A DNA stretch of 64,000 nucleotides from Azolla caroliniana. Lineage: Eukaryota; Plantae; Polypodiophyta. The position numbers and the translations under genes are program-made. The stretch is from the NCBI GenBank assembly GCA_043228905.1, contig JBHGNT010000014.1:1364001-1428000 (forward strand). The letters run 5' to 3'. Shown here one piece after another: positions 24,599-36,200 of the stretch. Within the stretch, counting starts at the first letter, position 1, and every line of letters begins with the position of its first letter. Under the pieces are notes generated by a model. That model was not told the DNA's origin, did no database searches, and saw nothing but the letters and a program-made list of their open reading frames with translations.

Positions 24599-25534
24599 AT
24601 GAGAGGCTTTGATAGTTCAGGCGGGAATCAACATGTTCGTGTCAATGAAGGAAACATTGTGATTGATTGTTGCCACCCTAAAATCCTACGCAAAGATATA
24701 CAAACTAAAAACAACTGGATTGTTGCACTCTGCCCTTATGTTACCGGGGAATTGATGATTACAGAAACTAAGACACCTCCAAAACCGTCTCGTAAATCTA
24801 AGTCGGAACATAAAAAATATAATAAAAGAGCTAAACTTGATGACAACGAACTCGAAGTCATGGAGTTCATGGAGGTGGAGGAAGATGAGCAACAAGTTGA
24901 AGTTGTTCCTCCTGGAGGGCAGATGTCATCGGGTATTTCGACATCGAACCAGAACCGAATACGAGAAAATATTGTAAAGACAAAGTTGGTTTGTAAAGGC
25001 CAACTATTTCATTTACCGTTTAGAGAATGGGTATGTGTCTTTGTACTTTTAATTGATTTCTTTGTTGTGGTATTTCCTAATCATATTCATCATTGCAGAA
25101 ACCGTCTTGCTCCAAAAAGGCAGGTGACAGTAATGAAGGAATCCCAAGCTCCTTCATTACACATTTAGAAAATGCAAAGTACGAAAAGCGGATGACAAAA
25201 GGAAAGGAGTTGGAGGTTCCCGGTATTCAGAAATCGTCAAAAGTTTCTTGCATAGGGGTGACAAAAATATCATCTAAGACGCATTACACACTCTTGATAG
25301 CTAATATACCATATGGATTCCGAATCATGGGATCTACATATGATGATGTGCCATATAAGTACCCCCAAATTGAGAAGATGGTAAAGGACTTCGCCGAATT
25401 GACCCTGGCACCATTGTGGAGAATTGTAATATTTCATAGCATGGGTCAATCACAATCCGGATGTGAATGAGGAAAATGTTGAGCAAACAACAGATCATGT
25501 TGAACCCCCCCTCCCAAACCTATTTTTAGATTAG
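24599..25534 (+). pseudogene. Putative beta-class DNA amino-methyltransferase (N6A/N4C-type), N-terminal/motif IV part plus C-terminal tail, internally deleted
   Basis: Phase-0 GT-AG intron 25031-25098 joins the two ORFs. HYTLLIANIPYG...YDD...IEKMVKDFAELTLAPLWRIVIFHS resembles the motif IV-VI region. After a deletion the tail DVNEENVEQ...PPLPNLFLD* matches the tail in copy B. Confidence 0.6.
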
Positions 25535-26620
25535 AATATCAAATTTAGAAACTAAAACTTGTATAACTTGAACAATATTCATTGTATAACTTTCAATTTG
25601 ACGTAATACATTATCATGAGTTTTTGTTGTATGTCTTCTTCAAAATATATTTTAGAAACTATTCGTATATAACTTGTACAGTATTCATTGCACAACTTTC
25701 AATTTGACATAATATATAATTTGAGATTTTGTTGTATGCTTTGTTCAATGTTTAGTTAAAGTATTATATGCATGTGTATATGTCTAAACTTCTAGCTTAT
25801 AATTTGGATTTATTATTTGTATAATTTGAACATATATAGTTTATGTATTGTATGGGTTGATACAATTCATGTTGACTCGTTAATTGTTGGTACATGTTAT
25901 TGTTGATTGGTTAATAAACACATTGACGGTGCTAATGAATCAAGTTTCATTTGAAAGTTTTTGTTGACATAGCAGAACCTGTTAATTTATAACCTCCAGA
26001 TCTTCCTTTAAAATGAATTGCATGTAACTACGTAGAAAAATAGCAGAAGAGAATCATTCTGGAGGGTTTGATATTTATCTTATACACAAATTCCTCATTG
26101 ATTTAGTACTCATTCATTTAAACGTAATATTGGAATGTTATTGTATACTGATTTCATTCAAAATTTACGGTGCCATGTCCATGTGTCTATGGAATATTTC
26201 TCTTCCACACAATAGGAACTCTTACATGCAATCTCCTCAACTTCCTGAAAGATACATTATATGTAAATATAAATAAAAAATAAGTAGAACACAATTATTA
26301 GAGGGGATATGATTTATGTATTGTGCACAATGACATACATTTCGATTGTTCTCGTTTGAACTTTATAATATAAGATTTGAGTAAAATATATGACCTATAA
26401 TTTTTCGGTCTATTTATTTTATGGTCGCGATTTTATTTACTTCCAAATTTTGGTAAGTTTTTTGGAAAGCATGTGCGCATGCATTGTGTCTATTAATGTC
26501 ACATGCTAAAATATGACATTTTTTAACATCTACCCAAGATATGAAAAAGAGAATGCGACATATTACCCTTTTTTAATGACCCGATGTTTTAAGCTAAAAT
26601 CGAACAATTGTAGATTCTGA

Positions 26621-27050
26621 GTGGATTCCATAATAGAGGGTCTTCATCCCCAACCCAAAATGCCATTGATTTATTCCAATTAACAAGTGCACTTTAAGCA
26701 TTACAAAATGTATCGATGGCCATTTTAGTTCTTAGACTATGACTATGTACGTTATTGAAATCATCTTGTAAGTATAAAGCAATTTCATCGGCAAATTTAG
26801 CTTCTCTTAGTTCTACATTCGAGAATGGGATATCCAATCCATGTAAACCAATCAAAGAGGCAATTATTGCCTCGGCAAAGAACAGAAATAGGAAAGGAGC
26901 GAACGGGAAACCTTGTCTAACTGAAAGTGAAATAGAAAAAAGAGCCATAACTTCCTGCTAGTAAAACTTGGCTTTGAGTTGTGCTATATAAGTACGAAAC
27001 ACATGTAATCCACTCCTAAGAGAAACCAAACCTAGCCAATGTACCTTACA
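26621..27050 (-). mobile_element. LINE reverse transcriptase remnant
   Basis: SVRQGFPFAPFLF, FADEIALYL and VNWNKS motifs. Confidence 0.8.
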
Positions 27051-27374
27051 AGAAGTCTTGTTGAGTAACAAGCTCAACATGAAGTAGAATCGATTGAAGA
27101 AGTCGAAAGTGGAATCGCCTGGTAGGATCGGTTAAGAGCCAAAATAGGACCATGGGGCTGAATTGGCGATGAAGTTGTTAGGACACAAGATATTGGGAAT
27201 TGTGCCTAGATATCCTAAACATAGTTATAGGAATAATATAGACCAATCAGTGTCAGAGATCATGAATGAGCTCAAGGTACTTGTGTGAGTACCTGTTACC
27301 GATTAGGAACACAATCTATAGTCAGTCCTTCGACCTAGACCTCAAAGTGATTGTGTTGCAACGAATGGTACCGT

Positions 27375-28131
27375 TGTCGTAGTGTATTTTGTACACTACG
27401 TGAAAAACGTATATAGTATTAGATTCAATAAAAAATGAAGAAATAGAAGAAAATAGCAAAATAAATGGAACATGCATAGGGCAAGATTCGAACCTTGCAC
27501 CTCCATGTTAATAATGTAATGTCTTACCATTACACTAGCATTTCATTAGTGTTAAAGCATAGATGTCCCACATAGAAAGATAAATTCACGCTAGGATAAA
27601 CATTAGAAAAACGCATAACAAAAGAAAAAGCTACACATACACATCTAGCGTGCATGATAAAAAACGCACAAGTTAGAAAAAAGCATGATCACTTTAGATA
27701 AAGCATATAGTCTATCTATAGGAAAAGCATGGGGTCTATAGTTAGAGAAAAAGCATGGATTACTAAGACTTCCTCATCACTACATAAGGATGGGGAGCAC
27801 AATGTAATAGGTGTGTGAAATATTTGGAAATTGGATATATTTCCGAAAACACCAACCGATTAATATAATCGTGGGATTCACGAAAATAATATAATCTATA
27901 CTTGTGGGATTCACAAGTTTCTTATATCTTTCTTTCAATCTAAATACATATTCTTATCTAAATATTGATTAATCGAATACAATACACTCGTGGGATTCAC
28001 GAAATTTCTATCTCTCTTTGTAATAATCTATTCATTACTAGCCTCATCTCATATTCTTCTTTCTCCTAGTCCAAAACCTCGGCGGTTCCCACCCGACTCA
28101 CGCAAACGATCCGGAGCCGAAAGGCACGACA
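27375..28131 (+). mobile_element. Solo LTR (757 bp) with perfect 4-bp TSD CCGT
   Basis: TGTCGTAG...CACGACA flanked by CCGT on both sides. Same organisation as LTR 1-597. Confidence 0.85.
27473..27545 (-). other. tRNA-derived segment (His-like) inside solo LTR
   Basis: Minus strand reads TAGTGTAATGGTAAGACATTACATTATTAACATGGAGGTGCAAGGTTCGAATCTTGC (A-box and GGTTCGAATC B-box). Confidence 0.6.
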
Positions 28132-31100
28132 CCGTCGTAGCATAATACTTAGTGGGATACCTCCCGTATCCTAGTAGCGTATAAGGGAGATGACTACAAC
28201 CGAACTCCTTAGACAGTGGACTAGCAACCACACTGTTACTCACGCCTACCCTCTTATGACTATGCTACGCCACCAAGAATCACAGACACATAGTAGATTA
28301 ACCACAGATACGCACAGGGATCAGAGAAGATAGAACTCTATTAAGATACGCCTTTTACATTCAAAATTACCCGCAACCTCTATCAGAGGATTTCTGCCCT
28401 TTATATACGCAGGGTCTTTTAGCCGTTCACGCTTCCCGCGTGAACCGTTTACATGTGTTACAATTTTACTATATTCTATATTTCTACGCCCTTGTCCGTT
28501 GGTTACTATTCTGACGGACAACACTTGGCACGCTTGTGGGACAATGCCATGGCACGTCGGACCGACCCCTTTAATCTTCCTCCAAAATGGCCCTGATGTT
28601 TGGTTCTGTTTCCGTGTCCGGGTCTGGGGACGGCGTAGTGCCCATAGGCGCGTCGTTATGTGGTTCCACTACTTGCTCGGGAGGGCTTCCCATGGTGTCG
28701 CTAGCTTCTTATGTGGGAAGTCCGGGCTCTACTAGCTCATCTTGTGCTATTGTGGTTGGTTTAGCCGTCGTCGGGCTTGCGGTAGGTCGCGGTTCTGTCT
28801 CGTCTATAACTTCCTCCGTGATGTCGGCCGTAGTTGTACGCTCCGGTGAGTGAGGTTGGGGTTCCTCTTGGTCGGCGGTTTCGCTTTCTAGTATCGCGGG
28901 GGGCTCCGCTCACCGTTCCGTGCTGTCCACCGTAGTGGTAATTTTCGGTGACATGGGTTGAGGTTCCTCTTGTTTGGTAGTATCCGGAATTGGTATCGCG
29001 ATGGATTCCTCGTTTGTTCGCGTGTTGCCAGCTTGCATGATCTGGTGAAACAGGTCCTCCTGACTTTGGCCAAAATCATCTAGTAGCTGCACGAGTTCCT
29101 CGGAATGTTGGTCCGCTAGCATGCGATAGTCCAGCGCTAGGTCCTCGCATACTGCCGCAATGCTTTCCTCATTGAATTTGTAGAACCCTCGGCCGTCTTT
29201 CCTTCAGTTCTCCCAGTCCGCCCGGTATGTATGCAATTCCGCCGCTTGTGCGGCCCACGCCACCCATCCTTTGTCTAGCACCGTTTTTAATTGCGCCATA
29301 AACCTCTCCCGATTTGTTTGCAGAAGTATGCACACGTTGTCGATTATTGCTTGGCAACGGTTGCATGCTTCTTCTACGGTTCTCTTGAGGTTTTCGATTT
29401 CTTGTTTACTAACCGCCGCTGCTTCCTCATAAGTGCTCCTCATTCCTACCCATAGTTGAGATTCCTTCGAATGTAATTCTTCCAGTTTTCCCATTTCATT
29501 GTTCAGGCGGATTTCGAGCTGATGCCTCCTCTCCTCTTCCCCAACCAACTGCTCGTCGAACCATGCTTTCTTTTTGTCAAATAACGCCCGGAGTCCCGTA
29601 ATCGCCGCTTCCGATTTTTTCGCTTCCTCCCGTAGTTTGGCGTTTTCTTCTTTCGTGTGGGTGTGTTGTGTTGCCTCCGCTGCGAGTTTCTCTTCAAGGG
29701 TCTTCACTGCCTTTCGACCGTTGGCCCGGATGTCCTTCTCTCTGTCCGAGGACTGGCAAAGTTCGGAGCGGAGACAGTCAATCTCCAATTCCGCCAGTTG
29801 CACGACCCGTTTTGCTTTCGAGGCAATGGCGGTCTAGGCTTCAATTTCTTCTCTCAGGGCCTCGCCAACATTGGCTGTTGGTTGAGCTGCCTGTTGTGTC
29901 GTAGTCGCGTTACGCTCCAACTCCGCAATGCGTGTGTTGGCCTTTTGTAACTTGGCTTCGGTCAGTTTGACAGTCTTCCAGACATTTTTATTTTTAATCG
30001 CCATATCCTTGGCGCCCATACTGACCTTCACCAGTTCCCTATGAACTTCGACAAGGGACGCGTTTAATGGGGGTAGTTCCATCCCCATACGGCGGATACC
30101 GGTGTTCCTCTGTCGGCCGACTTTGGCTAACTGATCCTCATCGTCGCTTTCCGCCGTTTGTGTTAGCGCACGCTCGATCATTTGGTCCTCCGTGTGCTCC
30201 TCGGCCATTCGTTGTGAGACTTTTATTTGTTGCGTTGCCAAAAATTCCATGAGTTCAAAAGTGGTTCTGAACTGTAATAGTGCGTCGAACTCATGGGCCG
30301 TGTCCGGAATGTACGGATACTCCAGGACCTCGCTTTCCACGGTAAATACGCCTTTCCCCCGTTGAGACTGGGCCGTAATGATCAGTCGTGGTTCCCGGAT
30401 TATTTCGAAGGTGGTGTTGGGCTATGTAGCTATGGAGCTGTCGACTACAGTCGTCATCTTTGTGGCCGCGAGTGTGTCTTTAACTAACCTGCGCCCATCT
30501 TTTCTGTCCAGCCTCCGATATTTCGGCCTTGGGCTTTTCTGACGTGGTTCGGCTTCTGGCTCCTGTGCATCTTCGTCGTTGCGCTCCGCCCGCTCTTCCT
30601 GTGTTGTTCACGTGTTAGTCTAGGCGGATTGGGGTTCATCCTCTCACTTTGTGGTGGCCAACTCTGCTAACCTTGGCTTCGCGGATCGTGGCGGCTGCGT
30701 GTGTTGGCCGGGCTGCGGTGCCGGCAGACCTCGGGGTGGGAATAGTATCATCAAATACTGTTGTATGATAGGCCTGTGCTTTTTTCCTCCTCGATATGCG
30801 TGCATGCCTTCCTGTAACGATGGCCCCGTAATGACTCCCCAATTGATCATACACCCTTCAAAGATATCAATGATGATACCTGCCTTCTGCTTGGGCATCC
30901 CATATGCGTTTACATGTACGCATCCGACCTCCAACAGGAACTTGGCTATTTCGTGGAAAAAGGGGTCTGGGATCTCCTTTGTTCTATATGCCTTGGCGGA
31001 TGACGAATATGGCCCGAAATATCTCTGCAAAGTTTCCACAGGAGGGATTTCGAAGTGCCTTTCACCTAGTGATGACATGTCAAGCTTTTTCTGGATGGAT

Positions 31101-33257
31101 GTGTTGGTGATCGTGTCGATATTGAGCTTCCAAGCGATGTCCAGGGCTTCAGGGTGGGGAGGTGCCTCGTCTACTCTGATGTATCCATCCAAGCGTTTCT
31201 CCACGAGCCATTGATGCAAGGCGATAGAAATGGGTATCGGCATAGTCGAATTAGGCTTGTGGCTAATGGGTGAGGATTGCTGGCTATGGCGAACTGGAGC
31301 TCTATGATAGGATGGAGAAGAGGGTGAGGAAGGGGAGCGATAAGAGCAATGAGAGTTAGAAGGTTGGTTTCTGTAGTGTGCAGAAAACCTTATATTTCCT
31401 TCTTTTTGTGGCCTAGGGTTCCTTGGTCGGTGAGCCATTGTGGTGCCGTGTGTTCTTGGCCTAGAAGTCTGTGCATGCCTTAAGTCCTTTTAATAGCGTC
31501 GCTATCCTCTCTTTCTTTCTTTTTTCTTTTTTTTTTCGTAACGGTTACATACAATATTATTTTTATAGTATAGTACAAGTGGGGCCTTATACTTACTCAG
31601 CTGATTCTCCGGCTTTGTCTTGTCCGGCGGGGAACAGGTTAGGTGGCGTGGGTCCTAGATAAGGTTTAAGGCGAAACCCATTCACTTTTTGACGTAACAC
31701 TTCCCCGGCCAACGTGCCAAGTTGAAACGTGCCTTGTTCTACTCCCACTATCCAGTACGGGCCTGTCCAACGGAATCTTAATTTTCCTGGCATATGCCCC
31801 ATGCATGTTTGGAAAACTAATACTGCTTTCCCAACTGTAAAATCTTTCTCATGCGCATGTCGGTGCCGGTCCACGAATGCTTTGTGCCGCCGCTGTTCCT
31901 ACTCCAATATGGCCAGACTGCGTAACCTTGTTTCTCCTAGCTCTACTAGTTGTAGCCGTACTTGTTCGAATTTGCCCTCTGGTAGCCGGGCTCGTACTTG
32001 AATCCGCAGACTGGGTACCTGGAATTTGACTGGCATCATGGCCTCTAGACCAAATGCTAGCTTGAAAGGCGTTGATTGTATGATGGTCTTGTAGTTGGTA
32101 CGATATGCCCATAACGCGTTGTGCAATTTGGTATCCCAATCCGTTCTGTTCTCATTGACTATCTTTTTGAGGATAGTTTGGAGGGTTTTGTTTGTGGATT
32201 CTGCCAAGCCATTTTCCTGTGGGTAATATGGTGTGCTTTTCTTGTGAACCACAATGTAATGTTGGGTCAGTTCGCTGATGAACGTATTCAGAAAGTGACT
32301 CCCTTGATCACTAATGAGCTCGATAGGGAAGCCGAAACGACACCAGATGTCTTCGTAAAGGAATTTCGCCATGACTGCCGCAGTATTCTCGTGTAGTGGT
32401 TTCGCTTCTACCCACTTGGTACAGTAATCCGTGGCCACCAGGATGTACTTATTGCCTGTTCTAGCAGCCGCCGAGGTAAAGGGTCCCACAAAATCTAGCC
32501 CCGACTTTTGGAAAGGATCCAATGGCAACACTGGTTGGTGTGGCATTTTCGCGACTTCCGTGGGCTGGCCCAATCGTTGACATAAATCGCACTGTCTACA
32601 ATATTCATACGCATCATTTTGCATCATCGGCCACCAAAGTCCCGCTTGCCAGATTTTCCGAGCTGTAACATCTCCCGCGTAATGTCCTCCCGCCGTACCA
32701 CAGTGGGCTTCGTGTAGAACCGTGGCCTTCTCATCCTGCCATATTCCGCGCCTCCAAATGTCATGACTACCTTTGGGATATAGTATGTCTTCTACTAAAC
32801 CGAAATTTCGACTTCGTACGGCCATGCATTTTTTCTCGTCCGTCCGTAATCGGGGTGGCGGTAATCCCGTGGTCAGGAAGTAGGTCATTTCCATCAGCCA
32901 CCGATTTGGAAAAGTCTTCTCCTTTCGTTCTGCTAGCGTTGCTACAGGCAGAATGTCCGCATTCGGGAAGTCGTCGTTGTCCTGTTGCGCCGTTTCTCCA
33001 TTATCTAGTTTGCTCAAGAAATCTGCCACCACGTGTTGCGTACCCAGTCGGTGTTGAATTACAAAGTCGAATTCTTGAAGCAGTAGCATCCATCTAGCCA
33101 ATTTCCCCGTCAACGCTTGTTTCCCTACCAAATATAGCAATGTTGAATGATCCACGTGAAACGTGAATTTCCGACCTAGCAAATAATGCCGGAACTTATT
33201 GATGTTGTATATCATACCCAACACCTCACGTTCCGTTGTGGAATAGTTCCGCTCAGC

Positions 33258-36200
33258 TGACGGGAACTACAACGTTCCTTATGCACAACGCTCGGCCACA
33301 ACCGAGATTCTTTTCATACACAGAAAACAGGAAACGAAAACACGCGACACAAAGAGGAGAAGAGTACACAGGGTGTTTACGTGGAAAACCCAAACTAGGG
33401 AAAAACCACGGCAGCCCACAGGCTGCAAACTGTCACTATGCTAGAATGTACAAAACAGTGAGTTCACGGAGGCAACGACCTCGTGCTCACGATCTTCGCC
33501 ACAGGCGGCGGTTACAACAGAGGCAACGACCTCTTTCTCTCTCTCTCTCTCTCTCTCTTTGTACACTGTTACATGCTCTCTCTTCTTCTTGCACCAACAA
33601 GAAAATGACAACCACCAGTAAGTTTGCCCTAGGTCATATTTATACTAATATGACTTTTCGGCTATTTACTAATATAGCCTCGATGGGCTCTCAGAAACAT
33701 ATTTACGAATATGTCTCTTCGTCCGGTTCTCACCGGGTCTGCACCATCCGACTCTCCGTAGTCGGGTACTCCTCATCCGGTTCATACCGGGTCTGCACCA
33801 TCCGGCTCTCCGTAGCCGGGTACTCCTCATCCGGTTCATACCGGGTCTGCACCATCCGGCTCTCCATAGCCGGGTACTCCTCATCCGGTTCATACCGGGT
33901 CTGCACCATCCGACTCTCCGTGGCTGGGTACTCCTCATCCGTCACTGTTCTTCTCTCTTCCCATCCGGAGGGACCTGTCTCCCAACAAACTCCCCCTTCA
34001 CTCCGGCATGGGGTGTCTTACCAGTCCGATTCTCTTCCGGCATGCCTCCAGCTTGTCGGGTATCAGCGCTTTGGTCAGCATATCTGACCCGTTCTCGGCC
34101 GTGTGGATCTTCATCAACGCGAACTCCTGGTCATCTACACTTTCCCGGATCCAGTGATACCTTCGCTAGATATGCTTCGTCCGGCAATGGTAGGCCTCAT
34201 TCTTAGCAAGGTGGATGGCACTTTGACTGTCGCAATAGAGCCGGTATTCATCTTGCCGAATACCGAGCTCTCCGATGAAGTCCTTCATCCATAAGATTTC
34301 CTTGCCGGCTTCCACAGCCGCCATGTACTCCGCCTCTGTGGTTGACAATGCAACCGTCTTCTGCGGCCTCGACTGCCACGAAACAGCTCCCCCTACATAT
34401 GTCATTACATACCCGTATGTAGACTGGCTGGTATCCACATTAGCCGACATGTCTGAATCGGTGAAACCGTCAAGTTGAGGTTTTCCGGAGCCGAATCGGA
34501 GACACATATTTGAAGTGCCCTTCAAATACCGGAGTATCCATTTGACCGCGTTCTAGTGCTCCTTGCCGGGATTGCTCATAAACCGGCTCACCACTCCGAC
34601 TGCGTATCCTATGTCCGGTCAGGTACAAACCATTGCGTACATCAAGCTCCCGACGGCAGAGGCATATGGAATCTTCGTCATATCCGCCTTCTTTGCTTTC
34701 GTCTTCGGGCTTTGCTTGCCGGATAGCCTGCAATTTTCCGGAAGTGTCGATCCGACCGGTTTCGCTTCTGACATGTTGAACCTTGTTAAGCACCTTTGTC
34801 ACGTACTTCTCTTGTGACAGCCATAATTGCTTCTTTGACTGGTCCTGAATGATGTGCATCCCCAACATCTGTCTTGCCGGACCCAAGTCTTTCATTGAGA
34901 AGGTCCGGTTGAGAGCCTTCTTCAGCATCCGTATTTTGACTTGGTCACGTCCGACGATCAACATGTCATCCACGTACAGAAGGAGTATCAGGAAGTCGCC
35001 TCCTTCGAACTTCTTCACAAACACGCAATGATCGGCCTGCGTCTTGTGGTACCCTTGGTCGGTCATGAAGGAGTCGAACTTCTAGTACCATTGCCGGGGA
35101 GCCTACTTCAACCCGTAGAGGCTCTTCTTCAACCGGCATACCAGGTGCTCCTTCCCTTTCTCCACGAATCCTTCCGGTTGCTGCATGTAGATCTCTTCTT
35201 CAAGGTCACCGTGAAGGAATGTCGTCTTCACGTCTAGCTGCTCTACCTCGAAGTCCATGCTTGCCGCTATACTCAACACCGTCCGGATGGAGGTCATCTT
35301 TACTACCGGGGCAAATATCTCGTTGAAGTCCACGCCCTTCTTCTGCTGGAACCCCTTCACCACGATCCTAGCTTTGTATCTCGGGGGGTTGCCGGCATCT
35401 CCCGGTTTCAACTTGTACACCCACTTGTTTCGGAGTGCCCGCTTTCCTTTCGGCAACTCCAACAATTCGTACGTATGGTTCTCATGCAGGGAATCCATCT
35501 CGTCCTGCATGGCACTTAACCATCTTCGGTTGTGGGTGTCATCCTTCGCTTCTTTGAAGCTTTCCGGCTCCCCCTCATCGGTTAGCAGCACATGTTCTGC
35601 ATCCGGAAATCTACGGGGGGGCCTTCTCTCTCTTAGAGGATATCTCCATCTCTGGGCTTCGGTAGCAGACTCCACCATTTTCATCCGAATCCGATTCGGG
35701 GTCTAGGCCGGTTCAGGTCTCAGCTTCCTCTACTTCTTCTTCTGCCGGTTCGGTATTCTCACCGTAACCGGCTGGTTCCTCGAGTGCTAACCGGTCTCTT
35801 GCCGGTTGGGTCTACTCATCGTAGACTCTATCCTTACCGGTCGACTCGGAGTTCATTATCTTCTTCTCCGACTCCCAGTCAGCGAGCGTCTTGTCCTCCA
35901 TGCAGATAATATCTCGACTCCGGAATACCTTCTTGTCGACCGAGTCCCACACTCGGTAGCCGAACTCATCGTCACCGTAACCGAGGAATATGCATGGCCG
36001 GGTCTTTGGATCTAACTTTCCTCTCCGGTCCTTAGCTACATGCACGTACGCGAGACACCCGAACACCTTCAGATGCCGGTAGGACACTTCCTTACCGGTC
36101 CATACTCTCTGTGGCGTGTCTCCGTCCAAGGGTACTGAGGGTGATCTGTTTATCACGTATGTCGTCGTCGACAATGCCTCAGCCCAAAACTTCTTGGGTA

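Larger units (their letters stand above)
17897..26588 (-). mobile_element. TIR DNA transposon copy A (DUF7869/Sola1-like transposase plus divergent methyltransferase-like gene), with nested LTR elements
   Basis: About 35-bp TIRs AACA(C/T)(C/T)GGGTCATT...GGTAATATGTCGCATT at both ends. Candidate 4-bp TSD TTGA/TTAA. Both ends match the ends of 48715-52593 in opposite orientation. Confidence 0.8.
17651..26620. mobile_element. hAT-type MITE related to 15281-15899, inserted in the LINE and itself split by DNA transposon A
   Basis: 8-bp TSD GTGGATTC at 17643-17650 and 26621-26628. Left end TAGGAATTGACAAC resembles TAGGGATCGGCAAC. AAACTG/AACCG subterminal repeats. Confidence 0.7.

Noticed and set aside
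27473-27545. Functional tRNA gene (also 76-150)
   Set aside because: Acceptor and anticodon stems do not pair properly and it lies inside an LTR, so it is reported only as tRNA-derived.
33236-34087. 283-aa ORF with 18-aa repeats (also 38295-38867)
   Set aside because: It is an antisense reading of copia LTRs with 54-bp repeats; the frame is not preserved between the two LTRs.
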